From positions 1 through 64,000 of IMG/VR virus record IMGVR_UViG_3300006175_000009: a stretch of 64,000 nt of DNA; one strand, given 5' to 3'. Below, in pieces: positions 9,568 to 17,738 of this stretch. This DNA comes from a virus. Below the pieces are notes generated by a model that saw only the letters and a list, made by a program, of their open reading frames with translations, did not search any database and had not been told where the DNA came from. The first letter of the stretch is position 1, and every line of letters begins with the position of its first letter. Position numbers and translations under genes: made by a program.

Positions 9568-9762
9568 CGTCTTCTCCTTCGGAGATCGTGGTGAGGGCCC
9601 GCGTCGCAGGCCCGGTGTCTTGATGAGTAGGACTCTAGCAGCACAACCAGTTGTGCACAAGTCCCATTGGAAAGCCCCTGCTCCTTCCAGGTGTCACAGG
9701 CTCAACCGTCGCGGGGGTTTAAGACTGTGAAGCCGGGAAGAGGCAGGGGCCTCCAGGTCTTA

Positions 9763-10257
9763 CTAGAACAGCGGCTTGCCCTCAGCAGCCGGAGCAGCGG
9801 CCGTAGCCTCCGCCTTGGCAGCCTCACGCTCGGCCTTGGCCTTCTCGTCCACGCCGGTCGGACCGTCCTTCGGCAGGAGGGCCTTGATCTCGTTGACCAG
9901 TTCACCCTCGCGCTTGCCGAACTTGGCGATCTTCTGAACGATGTTCAGGCGGATCTGCTGTCCGACCAGCTCCTCGGTGTCGGTCGCGGGGGACACGCCG
10001 AACGCCTCGAAGGTCTCCTTGAGCTTGAAGAAGGCGGCGTCAGACAGGGAGGTGTTGTGGTAGACCTTGCGGCCCGCACCCTCCTGGCCCTCAACGACCT
10101 CGAACAGCCAGCTCCAAACCGGAGCCTTCTGACCGTCCTTGACCGTGACGTCCTCGGTGAGACGAGCGAGGTAGATGCCGTCGTCCAGCAGCTTGAAGCC
10201 ACTGTTCGACTCGGCAGCCTCGACCTTCGCCGCAACCTCATCGTTCAGACGAGCCAT
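9763..10257 (-). CDS. DUF669-like ssDNA-binding protein
   Basis: F.LL.DG.Y.A ... GRKVY...L....F.LK...EA.G pattern; follows Sak4-like gene, a known pairing. Confidence 0.7.
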   Translation of the reverse strand: MARLNDEVAAKVEAAESNSGFKLLDDGIYLARLTEDVTVKDGQKAPVWSWLFEVVEGQEGAGRKVYHNTSLSDAAFFKLKETFEAFGVSPATDTEELVGQQIRLNIVQKIAKFGKREGELVNEIKALLPKDGPTGVDEKAKAEREAAKAEATAAAPAAEGKPLF

Positions 10258-10403
10258 GGTGGTACTCCTTCACTTCTCCCCAACAAGAGGAGCATTGGTG
10301 TGATCTGTCTGCCCTTGCAAAGCCGGGCTTGCTTTGAACCTCAACGGTTCGGTTGGCGGGGGGCGGGTTTCGTGTTCGTCACCGCTCCCCTACCAACACT
10401 TAC

Positions 10404-10433
10404 AGCTTAGTCTACAGCTTGCGCCGCTGTCAA
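10404..10433 (-). promoter_or_regulatory. promoter for DUF669 gene
   Basis: TTGACA-N18-TAAGCT. Confidence 0.65.
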
Positions 10434-11200
10434 GCAGCTACGTCGTCCGTGGTCAGCTCGCCACCGACAACCTGGGTGATCCGGTGGAAGGTGGGCTCCA
10501 CCATGATCGTCGGCAGGCAGCCCATGCGATCCTTGCCACGGTACTTGCCGATCGGGGAAGTGGTGCCCAGGCGGACCAGCTCGCCGGTTTCAGCGTCCTT
10601 CTCGACCGAGGTGTGGACCACAATGTCCACGAAGCTCATCAGGTCGTTGGCGAACTTCGGGCCCAGAGCCGGACGGTAGAAGATCGACATGTCCTTGTCC
10701 TTGTCCTGCTTCTCCAGCGCGGTGAAGACCGTGTGGCAGGGCAGGTCACGAAGGTTGCGGGCGACTCGACGGAGCTGCTCGGTGACCTTACCGTGCTCGC
10801 CAAGCTCGACCTCGAACTCGTCGTCCACCATGCCAGCCTTGGTGCGCTTGTTGAAGCGGGCCAGGACCAGGTTGTCAGTGAAGCGCTTGGTCAGCTCCGT
10901 CATGGAGTCGATGACCACACCAGTGATGGCAGCAGGGTCCTGGGCCAGCGTGGCGGCGATGTTGGCCGTCAGCTCGGACAGCTCCTGGTAGGTGCGGACC
11001 TTGGCCACCATGATGTTGTCCACCGGGATGCCGAGGTTCTGAAGGGGCCGACGACGAACGCCCGCCTCAACGTCAACCACGATGATCTTGCCGCCAGCCA
11101 GAGCCATGCTCGCAGCGTGGGAAGTCTTCGCAGTACCCGGTTCGCCGTAGTACAGGACGTTGATGAACTCCTCGGAGTCCATGAGCGATTCGAGAGCCAT
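10430..11200 (-). CDS. Sak4-like AAA_24 ATPase (single-strand annealing protein)
   Basis: YGEPGTAKTS Walker A, DVEAG, VVIDSMTE Walker B, C-terminal GKDR. Confidence 0.8.
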   Translation of the reverse strand: MALESLMDSEEFINVLYYGEPGTAKTSHAASMALAGGKIIVVDVEAGVRRRPLQNLGIPVDNIMVAKVRTYQELSELTANIAATLAQDPAAITGVVIDSMTELTKRFTDNLVLARFNKRTKAGMVDDEFEVELGEHGKVTEQLRRVARNLRDLPCHTVFTALEKQDKDKDMSIFYRPALGPKFANDLMSFVDIVVHTSVEKDAETGELVRLGTTSPIGKYRGKDRMGCLPTIMVEPTFHRITQVVGGELTTDDVAA

Positions 11201-11293
11201 AGGGCACCCCTTCGTTTCCCCACCGTTAAGCAGGGCATTTCGGACGATTCGACTGCGAATCCAGAGCCCTGCCTCAACGACAGGGTTGGCGCG

Positions 11294-11361
11294 TGGGACC
11301 GAGAGGAGTTGAACCTCTCTAACACCACCTGATCAGAGTGGCTTATCAACCGGGCGGTCCC
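11294..11361 (-). tRNA. tRNA-Ile(GAT)-like with no D-stem
   Basis: Acceptor GGGACCG/CGGTCCC-A, anticodon arm CCACT-CTGATCA-GGTGG, T-arm AGAGG-TTCAACT-CCTCT; only 13 nt in D region. Confidence 0.6.
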
Positions 11362-11364
11362 TCA

Positions 11365-11490
11365 AGGAAGTTGGTGTGGATTCGAACCACCGCCCGCCGT
11401 CGCGGAAGAGCCTGTCCTTATCAGTCGCTCTCAGCCTAGCCGTAGGTCAATCGGACTCGAACCGAACTACTGCGCCCTGCTCCAACTTCC
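11365..11490 (-). ncRNA. tRNA-like RNA with two T-loop hairpins
   Basis: 9-bp terminal stem GGAAGTTGG/CCAACTTCC; hairpins TCGG-TTCGAGT-CCGA and GTGG-TTCGAAT-CCAC. Confidence 0.6.
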
Positions 11491-11492
11491 AG

Positions 11493-11555
11493 TGAGGCAG
11501 AGGGAATCGAACCCTCAAGACGGGACGCGCGCGCCGTCTGCGAACCTGCTACCTC
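11493..11555 (-). ncRNA. truncated tRNA-like module
   Basis: Acceptor GAGGTAG/CTGCCTC-A, T-arm AGGG-TTCGATT-CCCT, one internal hairpin AGACGG/CCGTCT. Confidence 0.55.
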
Positions 11556-11574
11556 GGGGGCCTAGGAACCCCAG

Positions 11575-11686
11575 TGGACACCGCTGGAGTCGAACCAGCG
11601 CATTCTCAACCCTAGGACCGACTCGGCCGACGTCGGTTTGGTAACTAACCATCCTAGAGCGTGGGTTGAAAATCATCCCCGTGCCC
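11575..11686 (-). ncRNA. tRNA-like (Ala-identity) RNA with long branched core
   Basis: GGGCAC/GTGTCC-A (G3.U70, A73), T-arm GCTGG-TTCGACT-CCAGC, long stem TTTTCAACCC/GGGTTGAGAA enclosing a three-way junction. Confidence 0.6.
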
Positions 11687-11689
11687 AAG

Positions 11690-11746
11690 TGGGTTCCTCA
11701 GGAGTCGAACCTGAGCGCTTACCTTAGTTGCCCAGTCTCGGAACCC
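11690..11746 (-). ncRNA. tRNA minihelix-like module
   Basis: Perfect GGGTTCC/GGAACCC-A acceptor and TCAGG-TTCGACT-CCTGA T-arm joined by only 25 nt. Confidence 0.6.
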
Positions 11747-11748
11747 AA

Positions 11749-11970
11749 CTCCGCGTCAACGCTCGGCAAAGCGGAGCGGAGAAGACCAAGCGGTTCCTTG
11801 ACTGGGAGGAGGTCACCCCCATGCCCAGGGGCAGGTAAGCCTTCCTCGAACCCATGGTCGGGCAACCCCGTGGAGAACCCGACACCAACAGCTTAGAACC
11901 TAGGTCGGACAAGTCCTTCCCTGGGATGGGCCTTAGCCCCCTGCGACGGACTCCCGGTCCCTTGCTGCTG
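11749..11970 (-). ncRNA. Ms1-like structured RNA (~220 nt)
   Basis: No credible ORF; directly downstream of a strong promoter; ordered blocks GGCTAAGGCCC, GAAGG, CCGACC, CCACGGGG, CGCTTGGT resemble recalled Ms1/MTS2823 blocks; 3' hairpin CTCCGC..GCGGAG. Confidence 0.5.
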
Positions 11971-11975
11971 AAGCA

Positions 11976-12005
11976 AGTCTATCAAGACCGTGGGGTCTGG
12001 GTCAA
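11976..12005 (-). promoter_or_regulatory. promoter of RNA operon 1
   Basis: TTGACC-N18-TAGACT. Confidence 0.75.
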
Positions 12006-12017
12006 GTCGCTAGGGCT

Positions 12018-12140
12018 GCTACGGCTACTGCGGCTGCAACGGTTGAATCCTTATTGTTCCTTCTACTTCTTACTACTTTTCTCTTGGGACTTTCTTCAAA
12101 AGAACCGTAGTAACCATAGAAAAGGGCCTCTGACCTGGGG
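12018..12140. repeat. origin-like element, copy A (inverted copy at 61457-61577)
   Basis: Exact shared 16-mer TGCAACGGTTGAATCC and 20-mer ACCGTAGTAACCATAGAAAA flanking a pyrimidine/AT-rich core; many CTAC/GTAG repeats. Confidence 0.8.
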
Positions 12141-12247
12141 TTTTGTGCTCCTGGAGCTGATGCATCTGCTATGGCACCTACTGTAGCTGTCTCTCCCGGA
12201 TACCCTTCTGTTGTAGGAGTAGTTACAGGGTGTAGTCGTCCGGATAC

Positions 12248-12291
12248 AAAAAAGAGCCCCCACTACGGCTGAACCGTAGCAGGGGTCTTTC
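12248..12291 (-). terminator. intrinsic terminator after P4-type primase
   Basis: Hairpin ACCCCTGCTACGG..CCGTAGTGGGGG followed by CTCTTTTTT on minus strand. Confidence 0.65.
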
Positions 12292-12292
12292 G

Positions 12293-14890
12293 TCAGGCAG
12301 CGATGCCAACGCCTCCGTAGAAGGTGGTGCGTACACCGTCGGTCATCTTCTGGGTCTTCTTCAGGCCCGGAACGGCGGCCATCAGCTTGACACCGAACTT
12401 GTTCTGTGCGCCAGGGTGGTGACCCTCAATCGCGCACCAGTCCTGCCAGTGCTTGAAGAGGCGGGCGCACGGGGTGTAGACCTCGGGCCTGATGACGCAC
12501 TTGTCCTTGAGGAACTTGGAGATCGGGCTGGCCACGTCGGCAGCCATCTCAACCAGGGTCTTGGAGGACTCGGGCTCGGTGAAGCGGTTGCGGGCCACCA
12601 GGCGGTCGAGACCGTCCAGAGCCCAGTTCAGGATGGCGGGAAGCTCCTTCAGCAGCCGCTGCTCAAGGGTGTGGTCCTCCTTGCCCAGGAAGCTCTGGGT
12701 CATGGTCAGGAGCAGCATGCGGTTGTTGATGGCCCCGGAGGAGTCCAGGAGCGAGGGGATCTCGTTGGACAGGAGCATCATGCGGGAGGTCAGCTTGCCG
12801 GTCCAGATGGACTGGTACTTGCGGTTGACGTCAAGGTAGTCCTCACCCGTGATCGAGAGAAGACGCTCGACAACCGTCTCACCGCCCTGCTTGGGCATGC
12901 GGGCGTCTGGGATGATCGCCATGGACTTGCCGATCAGGGGGCCCAGTCCGAAGTCGCTGACCAGGCTGCTCATGGTCGGGGAGGCGATGTTGGCCGAACC
13001 GATCAGAGCGGACAGAACTCGGGCGATGGTGCCCTTGCCGGAACGAGGCGGACCGATCAGGACGAACATCTTCTGAAGGTCGGTGCGACCCGAGATGATG
13101 TACCCGAACCACTCCTGGAGCAGAGCCCTCGCAGCGTCGTCGTTGCCCCAGACGTTGTTCAGGAACTCGATCCAGTTCGGGCACTCGGTGGCGTTCTCGT
13201 CGTACGCGAACGGAAGGCTGTTGGTGTTGAAGTAGCGCGGGTTGTGCGGGTGAAGCTTGCGCTCGACAGCGTCCAGCAGGCCGTTCGTGAAGGCAACGAG
13301 ACGGTCAGGGTGCTCTCCCTGCTCACCGGTCCAGGAACCATCCGTCAGGCTGTCAGCGATGGTCGTGAGGCTCTTGAGGGAGTTCGCAACGTCGTTGACC
13401 CGCGCGGTGTTCGGGTTCCAGTCCTTCCGCTTGACCGTGTCCTCGCCCCGCTCCTCGTACTTGGCGTCCTCCAGGCGACGGTAGATCAGGCCCTGGACGT
13501 GGTCCTTGGACAGGACGTCCCAGTGGGTCTGGGTCCAGCCGTACCAGGTGTCGTTCCAGCGGCGCAGGATCGGGGTGTTCTCCACCAGCCAGCCGTTCTC
13601 CAGCAGGTGTCGTGCGACCTTCTGGGGCTTCGACGGGTGGGGCACCATGGTCTCGCTCATGGCATCCTCCAGGGTGAAGGACAGAACCTCATCATTCGTG
13701 CTCCCTTCCGGAGTGGGGTTGGCAGTTCCATCGAAGCTGAACAGGGGGGTGAAGTCTTCCACGGTGTTCTCGGTCGCCTTTCGGGCGTTGTTGGGGGCCT
13801 CGGTGGAGGCTCGCTTGTAGTCCTCGTCGCGCTTGGGGGCCTGCATCGGGCTGTTCAGACCGGCTTCGTACCCGCGCAGTGCCACTGTAGCAGCATTGCC
13901 CTTTGAGTTGCCAAGCTGTTCGGCCGCGCGGATCAGCTCCTCACGGGCGAAACCGTCCGACAGCTCACCGCCAGCGACGTAGTTGCCGACCGCAGCACCC
14001 GCCTTGTAGATCTCCTGGTTCCTCTGACCAGCGCCCGCAGGCACGGCCACCAGACGCCCCAGGATGCCATTCAGAGCCCCGATGCCGTACTGGGTGCCCT
14101 TGGGGTCCAGGGAAGCCTTGAAGACGCCGGAGGAGGGCTTCTGAGCCTTCTTCTCGTCAATCCCCAGCGCCTTGATCATGTACTCAGCGCTGACACGCTC
14201 GAAGTCGGGGGCCGGAGCAGCGATCGGAGTGGCCTGGGAGGGTTCTTCCCGCTTGTTGTTGAAGCTGCCGGGCAGACGAAGAACCGCAGCCGCGTGGGTG
14301 ACGGCCTTGTCTCCGCCCAGGTGGGCGAACTTCTCGGCCAGCGCCCGGTTGATCATCTGAAGCTTGACCCCGTCGATCGGGGCAGCCAGTGGGATGACGT
14401 ACTGGAAGTTCCGGCCAGAGCCCGAGTTCCAGATGAACGCGCCCAGGTCGTATAGCCACTGGAGAGCCTCGTTCATGGCGTCCTCGCCAGGGAACTCGAC
14501 GTGGTTGACGTCGTTGTCGCCCCAGACCGCCCAGATCTTCTCCGAGGCGTTCGCCTTCTGGCGCTTCGAACGGAGCTGCGGACGGGCCTCAGCGTCGATC
14601 GGCTTGAAGGAGCCCGGAGAGAAGTACATCTCGCGAGTGGTCGCACCAGCCATCCAGTGGCCCCCGACCTGGGTCAGAGCGTCAGCCAGATTGGCCGGGA
14701 AGTAGTAGGTCTGGTACCAGCGACGCTGGAGCTTGCCGTCGATCAGGGTAACCTCGTGCTGGGGAAGGTCTTCGACAGCGACCCGGAGCTGAGGCAGGGA
14801 GGCGAGGGTGACCATACCCTCGGAGTTCGCGTGGATGGCGTCCAGCATGGTCAGCGCGATCGACGTGTCGATCATCGGCTTCTCGGTCAT
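12293..14890 (-). CDS. primase-helicase: RepB-like AEP domain + D5_N + P4-family SF3 helicase
   Basis: WGDND, SGSGRNFQY, GDKAV...VLRLPGSFN; AFTNGLLD, LLQEWFGY, GPPRSGKGT, ITGEDYLDVNRKY; start MTEKPM at 14890. Confidence 0.88.
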   Translation of the reverse strand: MTEKPMIDTSIALTMLDAIHANSEGMVTLASLPQLRVAVEDLPQHEVTLIDGKLQRRWYQTYYFPANLADALTQVGGHWMAGATTREMYFSPGSFKPIDAEARPQLRSKRQKANASEKIWAVWGDNDVNHVEFPGEDAMNEALQWLYDLGAFIWNSGSGRNFQYVIPLAAPIDGVKLQMINRALAEKFAHLGGDKAVTHAAAVLRLPGSFNNKREEPSQATPIAAPAPDFERVSAEYMIKALGIDEKKAQKPSSGVFKASLDPKGTQYGIGALNGILGRLVAVPAGAGQRNQEIYKAGAAVGNYVAGGELSDGFAREELIRAAEQLGNSKGNAATVALRGYEAGLNSPMQAPKRDEDYKRASTEAPNNARKATENTVEDFTPLFSFDGTANPTPEGSTNDEVLSFTLEDAMSETMVPHPSKPQKVARHLLENGWLVENTPILRRWNDTWYGWTQTHWDVLSKDHVQGLIYRRLEDAKYEERGEDTVKRKDWNPNTARVNDVANSLKSLTTIADSLTDGSWTGEQGEHPDRLVAFTNGLLDAVERKLHPHNPRYFNTNSLPFAYDENATECPNWIEFLNNVWGNDDAARALLQEWFGYIISGRTDLQKMFVLIGPPRSGKGTIARVLSALIGSANIASPTMSSLVSDFGLGPLIGKSMAIIPDARMPKQGGETVVERLLSITGEDYLDVNRKYQSIWTGKLTSRMMLLSNEIPSLLDSSGAINNRMLLLTMTQSFLGKEDHTLEQRLLKELPAILNWALDGLDRLVARNRFTEPESSKTLVEMAADVASPISKFLKDKCVIRPEVYTPCARLFKHWQDWCAIEGHHPGAQNKFGVKLMAAVPGLKKTQKMTDGVRTTFYGGVGIAA

Positions 14891-15005
14891 GGTTTCCCTC
14901 CCAGTTGGTGTCTTTCGGACTTGCTGACGAGGAAGACTTAACCACAATCAGTTGTGCTCTGTCAATCAAGAGAACCCCCTCCGGTTGGACCGGAAGGGGC
15001 CTCTT

Positions 15006-17738
15006 CTAGCTGCCCGTAGCCTTTGACAGGATCAGGTCAGTGTAGCGACTCGGGATGGCGCGGTACTTCACGCTCAGGTCCCTGGTGACCGTGTTGCCCT
15101 GGCCGTCGTCCATCTCGACAGACTTGGCCTTGACGGGCGCTCGCTGCTCTGCGTTGACCCCACGTAGCTCGGTGTCGATACCAGCGGCGTCAGTGAGTGA
15201 TCGAGTGCGGTAGTCCTGGCGTCCCACCTGTGACCAAATGTCGGCCAGCTTGGGGACGTTGACCCTGAACTCTCCGTCGCGCTCGTTCCTGTAGACCGCC
15301 ATGACCAGACCGTGCTCACCGGGGCGAGTCGGGAACCCAAGGTGACGCCAGACGGTCGGGATGACCTCCAGGATGACGCTGGAAGCGTTCCCCAGATCCT
15401 CCTGAGAGCTGATCCACTCGTCTACCAGGCCGACCCACTTGGAGTCGCCTGTGAGGCTCTCCAGAACCCGCGCACCGGCCTTCAGGTAGCCGTAGGACTG
15501 ACCGACACGAGACGACCCGTCAACATCTCCGATGGCCTTGCTGTGGCACAGGATCGAAGCCACGAGGCTTCCGGCGATCTTGGTGAAGTCGTTGTTGAAG
15601 CGGGCCTTGAGGGGCTTGACGTCAACCTCGTACTGGTTCTTGCCAGGGTGGCGGAGCGACATGCGGTCCACGATCGTTGGCATGTCCAGCTTGATCAGTC
15701 GGTCACGGTTGGCCTTCTGGGAGTTGAAGTTGGTTGTCATGCCCTCGGACGAGATGATCGTAGCAGCGCGGAACTTGCCACCAGCGCGCTTGCTCGCGTT
15801 GGCCACGCTCATCTTGTTCTTGGCACCCTTGGTGATCGCCAGGCGGATCAACTGCTGTAGCTCTTCGTTGATGTGTACATCGTCAAACCAGACCACGCCG
15901 TTGTTGTTGGCCGTGTAGGCGTTCTCCGCAGACGCACGAGTCCAGGCACCACCTGAAGTGTCTACCCCGATCATCTGGAGTCCGGACTTGGTGTAGCTGG
16001 TCTTGCCCGACTCCGCAAGGCCCTCGATCTGGAGAGCGGGGAACATCTCTCCCTCGGTGAACTGGCCACGCAGGACGACCATGACGAGCCAGGAGCCCAG
16101 AACGGCAGCCACCTTCTCGTCGTGCCAGGTCAACCACTCCTTGAAGATGCTTACGGCCTCTTCGCACGACACTTCGAACCCGTAGGCGGACTTCGAGTTC
16201 TCCGTAGCGTACTCGGATGGCAGGCAGTCAGCGAAAGGTGCCAGTGCTGCTCGGCCAGGCTTGATCACACCTTCGTTGGTGATGAAGGCGTTGAAGATCT
16301 GGTTCCAGCCGGTGAAGCCGATCTCGGAGAGTTCAGGCAGGTCGAAGCTGTCCAGGAACATGGTGACCTGGTCCGCTGTCACGAACTGACCGTTCGCCTG
16401 GTTCGGAGGGTAGGTTGCCCCACCGAAGGCGCGCATCCACTTCTTGAACTCCCTCTCACCGATCAGCTCTTCGGAAGAGATCATCCGCTCGCCGATCAGC
16501 TCGCCAGAGCCCTTGAAGACGTTGACACGCCAGGCGCGACGGTCGGTGCTCATGATCACACGGGTAGGCACCAGGCTGAAGTTGGCCACAGGCGCGTACG
16601 CCACGGTCTTCTTCCCAGACTTGTCCTCCTGCATGAACCGAACGGTGAACTCGTCGTCCTGGATGCCCAGGAAGCCAGTGCGCTTGGTGAACTGCTCCGC
16701 GTTCGCAGGGATGGCCGGGTTCTCGGGCTTGTTGAAGATCGGGTTGCCTTCACGTTCACGCTTCTTGGCAACCTCCTTCGCCCAGAACCGCTGAAGCTGG
16801 CCCGTAACTATCTCGTCTGTCTGCGGCCTGCGGGAAGCACGCTCATAGTTCAGGACAAAGGCGAGAGCAGCCTCATAAGGAAGTCCGGCCTTGACGAACA
16901 TCTGGGCAACGCCACCAGCAACGGCAGTGCTGTTGTCGTTTCCTCGACCGGAAGCACCAGGAGAGGCGAGAGCCTTGACGTACCAGGGAGTTGAGGGATC
17001 GACTTCGTCCGGAATGTGGACCGAACCAGGCATGTCCTCGGGGAGAATCTCAAGATCGTCATTCTCCTTGACCTTGGGCAGGTTCTGAAGGTGGTCAACC
17101 CATGCCTGAGGAAGTTCCGGCAGTTCATCGACTCGCGGAACGCCTTCACTGACCTGACCGACTGGACCGTACCAGCGGTACTGGCGAACCTCTCCCGTGG
17201 TTTCGTTGACTACCTCGGAAGGCCAGGCGACCGCGTACCGATAGTTGTGCTGTACGAAGTCGATGAAACCCGTCTTGGAAGGCCACAGAAGCCCGCTGGG
17301 AACACGAAAGAACCGAATCCCTGACGGGTTGGCGAACCCGCGTGAGGTAGAGCGCCAGGTGGCGGGAAGGGCTCCGAGCTGCTCTTCGAGTTCCGCAAGC
17401 TGGTCTGCTCCATCCTTCTCGACACCCTTCTTCTCGTAGTGATCCACGTCGATGCCGATGACGTTCTCAGGCATGCGCAGAGCTACGTTGTTGTTGCTGT
17501 TGTGCGCCCACACGTGGATCTGGTGATCGGTCGGGTAGATCCCGGTGTTGACCATGCCAGTGAACCCCGAAGGAGGGGTCATCTTCTTCATGTGAGGCAG
17601 AGGAAGAACGCCACGCCACCCGAACTCGGTGTAGAGGTTGACGCTGCTGGCGTACGGACCCTTGCCCATGTCTGCGGAGAGCTGGCACCCGTCCTTAGTG
17701 CACGGAGCCTTAGTGGCTGTGTCGATCATCCTTGTCAA
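15006..17738 (-). CDS. bifunctional primase-polymerase (Prim-Pol) fused to a P-loop helicase-like domain
   Basis: GWRGVLPL..KK.PP.GF, NVALR, IGIDVD, STSRG; C-terminal EGLAESGKTS Walker A and WFDD Walker B. Confidence 0.8.
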   Translation of the reverse strand: MTRMIDTATKAPCTKDGCQLSADMGKGPYASSVNLYTEFGWRGVLPLPHMKKMTPPSGFTGMVNTGIYPTDHQIHVWAHNSNNNVALRMPENVIGIDVDHYEKKGVEKDGADQLAELEEQLGALPATWRSTSRGFANPSGIRFFRVPSGLLWPSKTGFIDFVQHNYRYAVAWPSEVVNETTGEVRQYRWYGPVGQVSEGVPRVDELPELPQAWVDHLQNLPKVKENDDLEILPEDMPGSVHIPDEVDPSTPWYVKALASPGASGRGNDNSTAVAGGVAQMFVKAGLPYEAALAFVLNYERASRRPQTDEIVTGQLQRFWAKEVAKKREREGNPIFNKPENPAIPANAEQFTKRTGFLGIQDDEFTVRFMQEDKSGKKTVAYAPVANFSLVPTRVIMSTDRRAWRVNVFKGSGELIGERMISSEELIGEREFKKWMRAFGGATYPPNQANGQFVTADQVTMFLDSFDLPELSEIGFTGWNQIFNAFITNEGVIKPGRAALAPFADCLPSEYATENSKSAYGFEVSCEEAVSIFKEWLTWHDEKVAAVLGSWLVMVVLRGQFTEGEMFPALQIEGLAESGKTSYTKSGLQMIGVDTSGGAWTRASAENAYTANNNGVVWFDDVHINEELQQLIRLAITKGAKNKMSVANASKRAGGKFRAATIISSEGMTTNFNSQKANRDRLIKLDMPTIVDRMSLRHPGKNQYEVDVKPLKARFNNDFTKIAGSLVASILCHSKAIGDVDGSSRVGQSYGYLKAGARVLESLTGDSKWVGLVDEWISSQEDLGNASSVILEVIPTVWRHLGFPTRPGEHGLVMAVYRNERDGEFRVNVPKLADIWSQVGRQDYRTRSLTDAAGIDTELRGVNAEQRAPVKAKSVEMDDGQGNTVTRDLSVKYRAIPSRYTDLILSKATGS

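Noticed and set aside
7834-9594. Long plus-strand ORFs (586 aa here; also 4114-5493, 12416-13906, 49454-50689)
   Set aside because: Antisense shadows of well-supported minus-strand genes, expected from GC-rich codon bias; no motifs or RBS
11365-11686. Y RNA (YrlA) assignment for the tRNA-like modules
   Set aside because: No Ro60/Rsr gene in the window, and the acceptor stems are terminal rather than loop-closed; cannot be supported without a covariance-model search
11290-11750. CRISPR-like array suggested by recurring GGA.TCGAACC
   Set aside because: The recurring word is the reverse complement of tRNA T-loops; flanks differ and spacing is irregular
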